Part shown: one piece after another, positions 18,124 to 28,514 of the stretch
Layout: every line of letters begins with the position of its first letter
Position numbering within the stretch: the stretch's first letter is position 1
Assembly: GCA_021797555.1 (NCBI GenBank)
Contig: JAJZZM010000015.1
Coordinates: 2,110-66,109 of the forward strand
Direction: 5' to 3'
Length of the DNA: 64,000 bases
DNA from: Thermoplasmata archaeon
Lineage (GTDB): Archaea > Thermoplasmatota > Thermoplasmata > Thermoplasmatales > Thermoplasmataceae
The notes under the pieces: model-generated
What the model saw: the letters and a program-made list of their open reading frames with translations, nothing else
The model's database searches: none
Told to the model about the DNA's origin: nothing
Made by a program: the position numbers and the translations under genes

Positions 18124-18235
18124 GTTATATTTTTATATAACTTCTGTATATTATAAAACCTCCAATAATTAACAAATTACAAAAATGGAAATTAAATGGA
18201 AAAGCAAAATTTGGATGAATTAATATTATTATAAT
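18124..18235 (+). pseudogene. dead promoter + 5' remnant of an abiEii-like gene
   Basis: gttatatttttatataactt plus ccaataattaa...gatgaattaat aligns with 16511-16640. The start codon is lost (ata in place of atg, with a small deletion). Confidence 0.6.
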
Positions 18236-18649
18236 AATATATATCTAATTCATTTTTTATTTATTAATGGCATTTTGAATGTTTATAAAAATAAATTTCA
18301 AATCAGCCCAATAAAAATTTCGATAAGGAGATAAAATAAATTTTTTACATTATTAAATTCTTTAATGTTTTATAATTCATGTTATAATATTGAAATTATT
18401 GCAATGTAATTCATCTCCTCCTTTCTTTTATGTTTTTATTAAAATTTCCCTATGAATTATAATCGCTTAATATTCTATAATCACCAATTTATATAAATCC
18501 ACATAACATTATATTTTGATATATTTAAATTTGATTCTTATGTGGTCCATTTTATAAGGAATTTGAACCACACATAATATATATTACTGTAAATAATCCA
18601 TAAGCATATGCAACAAATATTATTATATTAATTTCCAATATATACATAT

Positions 18650-19303
18650 ATGGAGCAATCCAATAAAAAAATAAAGGCAATAAAAAGGGGGGGTATCAAG
18701 AGTGACGTAATTAATATTTTAAATGAAAATAATACCTTTAAATGGATGATTAATACAGGTGTTGTTAATTACAATTCATTATCACGCATAATTCAGGATG
18801 AAATAAAAAAGAAATATGGTTATAACCCAAAAATAAATACAATATCAACAATTTTAAGGAAAAATTATAACATGGCAAAACAGAAAACTGAAAACAATCC
18901 ATTTTACGATATGAAAATTAATATTATTACAGGGCTTTCACTCCTGTCATGTGATTATAATGTTGATGTAACAAATGCATACTTCCCTTATTCCCGTGCA
19001 ATACGTATAACACCGGAGAATAATACCATGTGGGTTATGATTTCCGGGGAAACGCCAGAAAGTATTATAAAATCATACCCGGGAAAATTATATGGTGATT
19101 ATATTGAAATTAATATTACTATAGATAAAAATAAAATGAATGAAGACTCAATACAGATGTTTCTGGAAACACTATCATTTAATTACATAAATGTTTCACA
19201 GTTTATGATGTCAAGGGATGGCTTTGAATTATTCATCAGTGCAAAATATCTTGACAGGGTATTAAAACTTATAGAGACAATAAGATCCAACAGGCATTTT
19301 TAA
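18650..19303 (+). CDS. hypothetical protein
   Basis: 217-aa ORF with ordinary composition, preceded by a ~570-bp AT-rich gap. No motif recognised. Confidence 0.5.
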   Translation: MEQSNKKIKAIKRGGIKSDVINILNENNTFKWMINTGVVNYNSLSRIIQDEIKKKYGYNPKINTISTILRKNYNMAKQKTENNPFYDMKINIITGLSLLSCDYNVDVTNAYFPYSRAIRITPENNTMWVMISGETPESIIKSYPGKLYGDYIEINITIDKNKMNEDSIQMFLETLSFNYINVSQFMMSRDGFELFISAKYLDRVLKLIETIRSNRHF

Positions 19304-19445
19304 TTTAAATTTAGTTTTTACTTAAATATTTTAATAATTTCTATGTGTGGGAATTTTATAATCTGCATAATAATCTTAAATAAGATTATTATTAATATTA
19401 ATTCTTAAATAAGATTATTTAAATACGATAATTACATATATAATT

Positions 19446-20198
19446 ATGTACATATTTTATCTGGAATTTATTGTACTTGGAATAATAGTTGGTGCATTAA
19501 CCGGCGTTCTTGGATCCAGTGGCGTTGTTGCTGTTGTTCCTGCATTAATAATTATAAATTCCGAATTGCCACAGGATGCCATAGGCACAAGTTTACTGAT
19601 AGATGTTATTACCTCGCTTATAGTTGCATATGTATATTTCAGGAGGGGAAGGGTAAACATAAAAAAGGGCATACCTATGATTATCGGTGCGATAATAGGG
19701 TCCCAGATTGGTGTCAGGGTAGCATTCCTCATTCCTCCGGTGTATATAAAAATAGGTTTTGCCGTTTTTATAATTGCCATGGGCATTTATTCATTATTTA
19801 GAAATAAAAACATGCATAAAAAAGAAGGCATGAAAAATATAAATATCAATTCATATGAGGTGGTTCTAATAGCAATACCAGTAGGGCTTGCAACTGGAAT
19901 ACTCGGGGCCAGCGGAGGAATAATGTTTCTTATTATATCAATTTTAATACTGAAACTGGATATAAAAACTGCGGTGGGGACAGCGACGTTTGCAATGATA
20001 ATTTCAGCTCTTTCTGGCACTATTGGCTATCTTATTGTTGGACATATAGTAATTCTGGCTGCCATTGTTATAGGAATTGTATCAATAATATCCGGATTTA
20101 TCTTTTCCAGGATAGGGAATAATCTAAATCCATTAAAAACATATAAAATCCTTGGAACTGTTTTTATAATAATAGGGGTGGTCCAGATAGTTTTGTGA
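19446..20198 (+). CDS. TauE/SafE (DUF81) family anion exporter-like membrane protein
   Basis: 250 aa with an internally repeated 4-TM layout and Gly-rich helices (GALTGVLGSSGVVAV, GLATGILGASGGIMF) typical of this family. Confidence 0.65.
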   Translation: MYIFYLEFIVLGIIVGALTGVLGSSGVVAVVPALIIINSELPQDAIGTSLLIDVITSLIVAYVYFRRGRVNIKKGIPMIIGAIIGSQIGVRVAFLIPPVYIKIGFAVFIIAMGIYSLFRNKNMHKKEGMKNININSYEVVLIAIPVGLATGILGASGGIMFLIISILILKLDIKTAVGTATFAMIISALSGTIGYLIVGHIVILAAIVIGIVSIISGFIFSRIGNNLNPLKTYKILGTVFIIIGVVQIVL

Positions 20199-20204
20199 TG
20201 TTTT

Positions 20205-21428
20205 ATGATTATAAAAGAATATAAATGGCTTGCCCTGATTATAATGAGCATTTCGGAATTAATGGTTATGAGCCTGTGGTTCAGTGCATCTGCCATAGCA
20301 CCTGAACTTGCCGCCATCTGGGGTATTTCCGGAATAGGTACCCTTATTGTAACATTAATGGTGCAGTTTGGCTTTGTTGCAGGTGCCCTTATAAGTGCAT
20401 CTCTTGGTCTTGCAGATAAAATTAACCCGAGGAAATTATTTGCATTTTCGGCTGCAATGAGCGCTTTATTTACAGTAATGTTCGTTTTTCTATATAATTA
20501 TTTTTTTATTGAAATGATTCTTATGCTATTAACAGGCGTTATGATGGCAGGCATTTATCCGGTTGCAGTCTTAATTGTATCGAGCTGGTTCCCTGAAAGA
20601 AGGGGATTGGCACTTGGCATTGTTATAGCAGGGCTCACACTTGGGTCTGCACTGCCACATATAATACTGGATTTGCCATTTATCCTGGAATGGGAAGCAC
20701 TGCTGGAGTTTTCGTCACTGCTGTCTCTTCTTGGAGGAATTATAGTTTTTTTTATTTTGCGTGATAATAAAAAATACATTAATGCCCCAAAATTTAAATG
20801 GGATACAATTAAGCTCATAATAGGAAATAAACCTGTAATGCTTGCAAATTATGGCTATTTCGGGCATATGTGGGAACTTTATGCCATGTGGACATGGATT
20901 CCTGTATTTATATTTTCCAGCTTTTCCTTTTATTACACAGGGAATAAATTATTATTTATGGTTGGCATTGTTTCATTTTCAATTATTGGAGTTTCGGGTG
21001 TAATCGGTTCCATACTTGGCGGTTTTATATCAGATAAAATAGGAAGAACATTATCAACATCAATATACCTTGGTATAAGCGGGACTTCTGCAGTATTAAT
21101 AGGATTGACATACAGGTCCACGCCATATATTACAATAATTGTTGGCATTATATGGGGAATAACGGTAATAGCGGATTCGGCACAGTTCTCAACAGCAGTT
21201 ACGGAATTAAGCAGCGATAAAATAAGGGGAAGCGCATTAACGTTTCAGATGGCACTTGGCTTTTTAATAACAGTAGGATCAATTTATGCTATAGATATAC
21301 TTAGAACCGCTGTTGGCTGGCACTGGACCTTTTCATTTCTATCAATTGGGCCATTACTGGGCATAATTTCAATGATAAGGCTCAGATACAAAAATGAATC
21401 TTCATTAATGTGCAATGGTAAAAAATAG
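20205..21428 (+). CDS. MFS transporter
   Basis: 407-aa polytopic protein with LGLADKINPRKLF and FISDKIGRTLS motif-A-like loops in the two halves. Confidence 0.7.
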   Translation: MIIKEYKWLALIIMSISELMVMSLWFSASAIAPELAAIWGISGIGTLIVTLMVQFGFVAGALISASLGLADKINPRKLFAFSAAMSALFTVMFVFLYNYFFIEMILMLLTGVMMAGIYPVAVLIVSSWFPERRGLALGIVIAGLTLGSALPHIILDLPFILEWEALLEFSSLLSLLGGIIVFFILRDNKKYINAPKFKWDTIKLIIGNKPVMLANYGYFGHMWELYAMWTWIPVFIFSSFSFYYTGNKLLFMVGIVSFSIIGVSGVIGSILGGFISDKIGRTLSTSIYLGISGTSAVLIGLTYRSTPYITIIVGIIWGITVIADSAQFSTAVTELSSDKIRGSALTFQMALGFLITVGSIYAIDILRTAVGWHWTFSFLSIGPLLGIISMIRLRYKNESSLMCNGKK

Positions 21429-21920
21429 TTTTAATAATTTAAATAAAATTTTTTTTAAAAATTATTATTTCTAATTGTCCTTGCTTCAATGAAAATATCA
21501 GATCTCAAAATCAATGGCTAAAACGCATTTATGCTTAACGTGCTCATTATTTAATAGTTCCTGCATTTATATAACTCTGATAAATCTAAGAGATTATTCA
21601 TTAATTTAAAATGCATTACATAAATAGTGATTAATAATTAATATAAATAAACTAATCAGCAAATAGGCATTAACAAATTAAAAATAATAAATATCAAGAA
21701 ATACCAAAATATGGTAATTGAATTATGATTGAGGCAATTAAATGTTCTTATTATAAGAATAATATTAAAAATAATTTATTGTTTTGAATGCATTATTTAT
21801 TTATCTTGCGGATAAAAAATATAATCTTAATTAACCAATGAAAAATTATGGGTGGTATGGTCTCTTTAACATTGGGTCTATGTAATAATATTGTTTTATA
21901 AAAAAACAAAATATTATAGA

Positions 21921-21943
21921 AATTGTTTTATTAGAAAACAATT
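21921..21943. promoter_or_regulatory. perfect 9-5-9 palindrome AATTGTTTT-ATTAG-AAAACAATT abutting a TATA-like box
   Basis: Read directly from the sequence. Its 19-nt core TTGTTTTATTAGAAAACAA recurs exactly at 25724-25742. Confidence 0.4.
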
Positions 21944-21954
21944 TTATATTAACT

Positions 21955-23294
21955 ATGCATTATATTTATATGGAAAGCAGTAAATTAGCATTCAGGAAGG
22001 TTATATCTGAATGGTTAACAGGGGATTTGCCATACGCACGCAAAAGAGAACTAAACATACCGTTAAAATCAGATAAAATTATAACAATAGTAGGCCCAAG
22101 GAGATCAGGAAAAACATATTTTTTATATTTTACAATAAATGAACTGCTTAAAACAGAACCTAAAAATAACATATTATACATAAATTTGAGGATGAAAGAT
22201 TAATAAACATAAAGATATCCGATATGGAAAATATAATACCCTTATTTTTTGAACTGGCAACTCCGGATAAAAACAAAAATATATACCTGTTTTTTGATGA
22301 GATACAGAATATCGAATACTGGGAAAAATATATAAGAAGAATTTATGATGCGAAAAAATATAGAATTTATTTATCGGGCTCATCATCAAAATTATTGGGC
22401 CGTGAGATTTCAACATCATTAAGGGGAAGAAGCCTTGAGTATATTATAATGCCGTTAAGCTTTAAGGAATATCTAGAATTTAATGGAATAGAATACTCAT
22501 CGCTAACAGGATACACAGATCAGAGGGGATACATAATTTCAGAACTGAAAAATTACCTTGAATACGGTGGATATCCTGAGGTTGTTATTGAAAAAAATAA
22601 TGATAATAAATTAAGAATATTAAGGTCATATTACAATACAATATTTTAAATGGATATGGCAGAGCATTTCAATATTTCTGAAATAAATGTTCTGGATGCA
22701 TTTTTGAAATATCTTATATCAGCATATTCAAAATATTTCAGCATATCAAAAATTTACAGTATATTTAAATCATCAGGCTATAAAATAAGCAAAAATAAAC
22801 TACTTGAATTTTTATATGATTCTGAGGAGGTATTCTTCATGTTTTATCTAAAAATATACAGCAGATCCGAAAATAAAAAAATGTCATATCAAAAGAAAAT
22901 ATATATTATAGACACAGGAATCATAAATTCACTTAAAAATGAAATGTCTCATTCAAGATTAATGGAAAATTTAGTATTTTTAGAGCTAAATAAAAGAGGC
23001 ATGAAAAATAATTTTGGCATAGCATACTGGAAAGAATACGGAAAGGCAAACGGCATGGAAATAGACTTTGTATTATATGATTCCTTCAAGGTTATTCAGC
23101 TAATACAGGTGACATATATATCAGATATAAGCGAGATTAATTCCAGGGAGATATCCGCACTTTTAGCCGGTTCCAGGTATTTTAAATGCCATGATATCAT
23201 TATCATTACATGGGATTATGAGGAAAATATAATGAAAGACGGCGAAAAAATAATTTTTATGCCCGTATGGAAATGGCTTCTTAAACTTAAATAA
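21955..23294 (+). pseudogene. AAA ATPase with DUF4143 C-terminal domain, disrupted
   Basis: Paralogue of 23460-24815 (GPRRSGKTYFLY, LFFDEIQNIEYWEKY). A frameshift near 22180-22187 is seen: the alternative frame reads KFEDERLINIKISDMENIIP, continuous with the next ORF. An in-frame TAA lies at 22647-22649. The likely original start is the ATG at 21970. Confidence 0.75.
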
Positions 23295-23410
23295 TCTTAA
23301 AATTTAATTTTTGTTTCCAGTATTATGTATTTTATTGTTCAATAATTGTCTGCATTTTATATTGCATTAATTTTAATCTTTTATTTATTATTTGGGCTTT
23401 CAGAATAGTA

Positions 23411-23457
23411 TGTCATATGTGACACAATATTTATATAAAACTATGTCTTATGTGACA
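23411..23457. promoter_or_regulatory. two TGTCA-N4-TGACA palindromes flanking a TATA-like box
   Basis: tgtcatatgtgaca (23411-23424) and tgtcttatgtgaca (23444-23457) bracket atatttatataaaa. The ATG at 23460 follows immediately. Confidence 0.4.
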
Positions 23458-23459
23458 TA

Positions 23460-24815
23460 ATGATTTCAGATGAGGAATTTATCAGTATTTTATCCGATTA
23501 CAATTTCTGGGGGAAAAAACCCTATACGGGTATATCAAGGGAGTTTTATATTAATAAAATACTTAAAATATTAAATGGAATTAATATAGTAACGGAAAGC
23601 GGTCTGCGCAGATCCGGAAAATCATTCATATCCCTGCAGGTTGCTTTATTATTTATTCAGAATGGTTATAATCCAGAGGATATATTAATTATAAATTTTG
23701 ATGATGAAAGGCTTGATAATAATATTAAAACCCTTGACAATATATATAACGCATACAAAAAACTGATTAAAAGGACTGATAATAACATAATAATAATGGA
23801 TGAGGCACAGGAGGTATCCGGCTGGGAAAAATTTGTTAGAACATATTCAGAAAAAATAAAATTTATAATTACCGGCTCATCCTCTAAATTATTAAGTTCG
23901 GAATTCTCAACATTATTATCGGGAAGAAGCATAAACATCACTGTAACTCCACTGTCATTTAAGGAATATCTTGCATTCAACGGCATAATCATAAATGGCA
24001 TTAAAGATACAGGCATAAATCTGGAAAATATCCTAAAATACCTTGAGTCATATATTAAATACGGCGGCATGCCGGCCCCTACACTGCATCCAGATATACA
24101 TCAGGAATTAATAAAAAGCTATTTTGATACCATTATACTAAAGGATATAATGGATAGATATAAAATAAGGGAGGGAGATAAATTAAAGTTTTTGATCAAA
24201 TATTATTTAACCAATATTTCATCACTAATAACTTATAATAGTATATACAAATCAGTAAAAAATACACTGTTACTGCCTTTAAAATCCATTCAGAGATATA
24301 CTGAGTATATAGAATCCTCTGGCCTGATATTTTTTACAAGGAAATTTTCATATTCATTAAAGGAACAGGAAAATAGTCCAAAAAAGGTTTATTCCATAGA
24401 CAACGCATTTTCATATTATTTTGGATATAATTTCATGGAAAATAAGGGTAAATTCATAGAAAATACCATTGCACAGGAATTTACAAGATTAAAAAACATT
24501 ATTCCATTTCTGGAATTATATTATTACAGGGAAAATAGCTATGAAATAGATTTTATAGTAAAAATAAAAAATACCATAATTCCAGTACAGGCAAGCTATA
24601 TAATTGAGGAAAATAATATTAAAAGAGAAATAAAGGGAATAATAGACTTTTCAAAGAAGTTTAAAACTAAATCCGGAATTATTATAAATTCTAATATGAG
24701 CGGAGATAAAAATTATGATGGCATTAAAATTAAGTTTATAAGATTACATGACTGGCTTATAAATTCATATAACTATATAATGAATTACGAAAGCATTGAA
24801 AACAAATTGCAATAA
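23460..24815 (+). CDS. AAA ATPase with DUF4143 C-terminal domain
   Basis: 451 aa, with Walker A GLRRSGKS, Walker B IIIMDEAQEVSGWEKF, and a C-terminal region typical of the AAA_14/DUF4143 family. Confidence 0.75.
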   Translation: MISDEEFISILSDYNFWGKKPYTGISREFYINKILKILNGINIVTESGLRRSGKSFISLQVALLFIQNGYNPEDILIINFDDERLDNNIKTLDNIYNAYKKLIKRTDNNIIIMDEAQEVSGWEKFVRTYSEKIKFIITGSSSKLLSSEFSTLLSGRSINITVTPLSFKEYLAFNGIIINGIKDTGINLENILKYLESYIKYGGMPAPTLHPDIHQELIKSYFDTIILKDIMDRYKIREGDKLKFLIKYYLTNISSLITYNSIYKSVKNTLLLPLKSIQRYTEYIESSGLIFFTRKFSYSLKEQENSPKKVYSIDNAFSYYFGYNFMENKGKFIENTIAQEFTRLKNIIPFLELYYYRENSYEIDFIVKIKNTIIPVQASYIIEENNIKREIKGIIDFSKKFKTKSGIIINSNMSGDKNYDGIKIKFIRLHDWLINSYNYIMNYESIENKLQ

Positions 24816-25026
24816 TTAATTTATATACATTTTTGTATAAATATAAATCTTCTGTTAATAATAAGATTAGTATTAATATTAAATTTAATAAAAGAATTAT
24901 TCCATGGCTGTTTATTAATTCATGAGAAAATATTGCAAGGCCTAATAGAGAAAAGTTTCTGGCAAATGTGAATAGACTATAAATTCAATCCAATAGAAAA
25001 AGCAATATGGGAAATAATAATAAATA

Positions 25027-25629
25027 ATGGTGAAAACAAACTCCGATGAATTAAAGGCTAATTCGAATTTTTGCTTGGCATTAGATAATAAATTTGCAAA
25101 TTTAATGATCAAAAATAAGTTAGACAAAAATCAATTAATAGAATATTTTAAACAGGATTATTTCTTTGTTGAGGAGGATATAAAAATACTGAAGACATTA
25201 ATTAAATTATCCAGAGATAAAAAAGAAAAAATAATGCTGAAATGGTTTCTTAGAATGGTCAACACAGAGGAAATTCCATACTTAAAAAACATATTCTTCT
25301 ATAATAATATAAACGTAAATGAAGTCATAATATCTTCAGCAACCAGGGAATATATAACCTTTATTGAAGATGCAATTACAAGATCAAATTATCTGGAGCT
25401 CCTCACAATCCTGTATGCCGGAGAATCTCTATATTTCCAGACTTTTTCAGAAAAGAAAACAGGCAATTATTATATTAACCAATGGGAAACACTTCATTCA
25501 GAAGATTTAGGCAAACTGGTTAATTTTTTGAGAAGGATTATTGATGGTTCAGATATAACCAATGATATCGTGGAGATATTTAATAGTACAATAAATTTTG
25601 AAATATCTTTTTATCAACAATTTTTATAG
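25027..25629 (+). CDS. TenA/PqqC-like (haem-oxygenase-fold) family protein, tentative
   Basis: YFKQDYFFVEE and YITFIEDA...LLTILYAGESLY resemble the TenA-family QDY and helix patterns. The assignment is by eye only. Confidence 0.35.
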   Translation: MVKTNSDELKANSNFCLALDNKFANLMIKNKLDKNQLIEYFKQDYFFVEEDIKILKTLIKLSRDKKEKIMLKWFLRMVNTEEIPYLKNIFFYNNINVNEVIISSATREYITFIEDAITRSNYLELLTILYAGESLYFQTFSEKKTGNYYINQWETLHSEDLGKLVNFLRRIIDGSDITNDIVEIFNSTINFEISFYQQFL

Positions 25630-25940
25630 TTTTTATACTATATTAATAACTATTACGGTTTAATTTCTATTTTATGTTTCTTTAAACCTTGTTTAATATT
25701 AAATAAAACTATTTTGTTTTATTAGAAAACAATACACATAAAATTAGAGGTTATATAACGCCGGTTTATGATATTTTATTTATGCATTTCAATAGAATTA
25801 AATATAAATTTGGAAGTTCTCATATATTAGCAGGTGTAGAGCCTTAATAAATAGAATAATATATAAAATAAAAATTAAAAATATAACTTATTTATACGGT
25901 TATAATAATTGCATATATTTTCATAACATGAGTTTATAAA

Positions 25941-27347
25941 TTATATATATTTATTTAAAATATTGAAATCTATATTAATGGCATACTCGCTTTTTGTTTT
26001 AAATGATTTTGCTATAATAATAAAATATTCCTTATTCCTTTTATAATCAACCTTTAATGATTTGTACTTTAAATCATTGAAAACTTTAATTCCGTCAACA
26101 TTATCACTAAATTTGCACTCAATAAAGGCCATTTCATTTGTTTCGTCATTTCCTGCTATGGTATCTATTTCTATATCCTTATACCAGAATCTTTTTACAT
26201 ACATAATTTTAAATGGCAATTTTATTATGTTATTTCTTATCATATCTATAACTATTCTCTCAAATGCATGGCCATAATATGTATTGATATCTTTTTTAAT
26301 TATTTCCATGACTTCATTAACCCTATTTATTTCCAGATCAGATAAATTAGGATACACAAACTTATAATAAAAATTTAGAAAATAATCATTTATTTCATAA
26401 ATGCCCCTGCGTTTTTGATTTAACGGCAGTGTATAATTAACAAGCCTAACAGAGATTAATGTCTCTAAATATTTAGATATATTTCCCTTATCAAGGTGCG
26501 TTGCATTAACAATTTCGCCATATGTATTATATCCCATTGAAATATACCTTAAAATTAATTCATATATTCTTGGCTCCTTAAATTCCTCCTTTAATAATAT
26601 TTTTGGTTCCTCATATAATATCTCGCCCTTTTTTAATATTTTATTTTTTATATTTTCCTCAACGCTTTTGTTTTTATTGATTAAAGAAAGATAAAATGGT
26701 ATATTTCCAAATACAGCATTTATTTTTATTAAATCATCTATATTAGAATTATAAAAATATTTTATGTTTTTTATATTAAAGCCGTTAAGCTCTATGCTGC
26801 CTGTCCTCCTTCCATATAATGGTGATTTATAGCTTAATAATTCATCCTCCATCATGCTTATGCTTGAACCGGATAATATAATATACAGCATTGTGTTATC
26901 CATTAATTCATCAAATATTTTCTGCATTATGGATACAATTCCGTGGTTTAGCTCTATTAAATTTGGGAATTCATCCAGAACAATTATTATCTTATCTGAT
27001 TTTATTTCATTTATAAAATATTTAAAAATTTCATAAAAATTTGATTTTAAATCATTAAAATAATACTTTCCTGTGATTGCCGCAAAGTTATTTTTTAATG
27101 AATTTAAATTTTCATCAAGGCTATCCAAGGTGCATAAATGGTATATATATTTTTTATCTTCAATAAATTTTTTGATCAGCATTGTTTTGCCTATTCTTCT
27201 CCTGCCGTAAATAATTATAAGCTCCTTTTTATTTTCATTATATTTATCATCCATAAATTTTAATTCATATTTTCTGTTTATAAATTGTTGTAACATAATT
27301 ATCATAATTTGATTACAACTAAATATATAAAATATTTTATAATCCAA
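25941..27347 (-). CDS. archaeal ATPase (Arch_ATPase + DUF234)
   Basis: FINRKYELKFMDD...IIIYGRRRIGKTMLIKKF (Walker A) and IIIVLDEFPNL (Walker B), with a long C-terminal region. The likely start is the internal Met at 27296 (MLQQFINRKYEL). Confidence 0.8.
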   Translation of the reverse strand: MDYKIFYIFSCNQIMIIMLQQFINRKYELKFMDDKYNENKKELIIIYGRRRIGKTMLIKKFIEDKKYIYHLCTLDSLDENLNSLKNNFAAITGKYYFNDLKSNFYEIFKYFINEIKSDKIIIVLDEFPNLIELNHGIVSIMQKIFDELMDNTMLYIILSGSSISMMEDELLSYKSPLYGRRTGSIELNGFNIKNIKYFYNSNIDDLIKINAVFGNIPFYLSLINKNKSVEENIKNKILKKGEILYEEPKILLKEEFKEPRIYELILRYISMGYNTYGEIVNATHLDKGNISKYLETLISVRLVNYTLPLNQKRRGIYEINDYFLNFYYKFVYPNLSDLEINRVNEVMEIIKKDINTYYGHAFERIVIDMIRNNIIKLPFKIMYVKRFWYKDIEIDTIAGNDETNEMAFIECKFSDNVDGIKVFNDLKYKSLKVDYKRNKEYFIIIAKSFKTKSEYAINIDFNILNKYI

Positions 27348-27469
27348 GATAATATAATTATTTTACTGTAAATTCAGATGACCCCTTGCAATGTCAAAAT
27401 TAAGTAATAAAAATGACAAAGACAAAGAATCAAGCAATTATAAAAAACAATGAAATAATTGAAACAAAT

Positions 27470-28104
27470 ACAATGGATATATATGACATAGAAAAACACA
27501 GAGGGATTATGCAAGGAAAAGAATTAAGATTCAAAAGCATATAAAAAATACCTGGAAGAGAAACAGGAAATTAAGGTATGCAAAGCAAAGGCAGAGAAAT
27601 ATTACAGGGGACAAAATACAGAAATTAACAACTAAAATAGTAAAAAACAATAATGATAAAACATTTGCATTCGAGGATTTAACAAATATAAAAAAGAACG
27701 GAATGAGGAATAAAAACATCAAAAAGAAAAATAATAAAAATAATACAATAAACAGTGAATCAAATAATAACAAAAACAATCCTAATAAGTCAAAAAGGTT
27801 CAGGACATATATCAACAGATGGCAATACAGATTATTTTAAAGGTTTATAGATTATAAATCAAACAATGAAACATTGTATGTAAATTCGGATGGGATTTCA
27901 TCTGAATGTCCTGTATGTGATGAAAAAGTAAAGCACCCAATCTGGAAGGAATCAAGATGCATTAAATGTGGTTTAGACCTATGCGGTACGCCGTTTACCG
28001 TGAATGGCAGTACCTCCTGGCATTTTATGAAGAATAGTTACCCGTATCATTCAGGTCAGGCAATTATTGAGAATGTTCAGCGACTGCAGGAAAGAAATGC
28101 ATAG
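27470..28104 (+). pseudogene. tnpB: decayed tnpB of a different subfamily
   Basis: Multiple frames carry TnpB pieces: TFAFEDLTNIKKNGM (RuvC II), RFRTYINRWQY, and the zinc ribbon SSECPVCDEKVKHPIWKESRCIKCGLD. There are several stops and frameshifts. The 3' portion (about 27960-28140) is conspicuously GC-richer. Confidence 0.6.
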
Positions 28105-28259
28105 CAATGCATAATATTTCAGGAACAGCTCTGATCATGCACCAATAGAATTATTATTAAAATAATTAATTAAAAATTTTTTAATTTATTTAAAACGTTT
28201 AAAAATAAGGATAAAATTATAATAAAAAAATATAAGTATAGTATACAAATATAGTATAC

Positions 28260-28514
28260 ATGAATACAGATGTTGTGCCGTTAAGAATAGATAAAATAAC
28301 ATTAAATAAGATAGATAAAATGGTTGAATCCGGTATGTTTAAATCAAGAAATGGGGCTTTAAATATAATAGTAAAAGCAGGCATAAATAATTTTAATTTC
28401 TGGACCAATATAATAAATATGTCTAATAATTATGATGAGGATTATGATAATAAAATATCCTTGCGTTTAGGTAATGCATTAAATAAGTTTTTAATGGAAC
28501 GTGATAGATTTTGA
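28260..28514 (+). CDS. vapB: CopG/RHH antitoxin (VapB-like)
   Basis: VPLRIDKITLNKIDKMVESGMFKSRNGALNIIVKAG is an RHH fold pattern. There is a 4-nt overlap with the PIN gene. Confidence 0.65.
   Translation: MNTDVVPLRIDKITLNKIDKMVESGMFKSRNGALNIIVKAGINNFNFWTNIINMSNNYDEDYDNKISLRLGNALNKFLMERDRF

Noticed and set aside
27531-27815. 94-aa Phe/Leu-rich minus-strand ORF
   Set aside because: It is the antisense reading of the A-rich (Lys/Asn) part of the decayed tnpB relic, which makes it a composition artefact.
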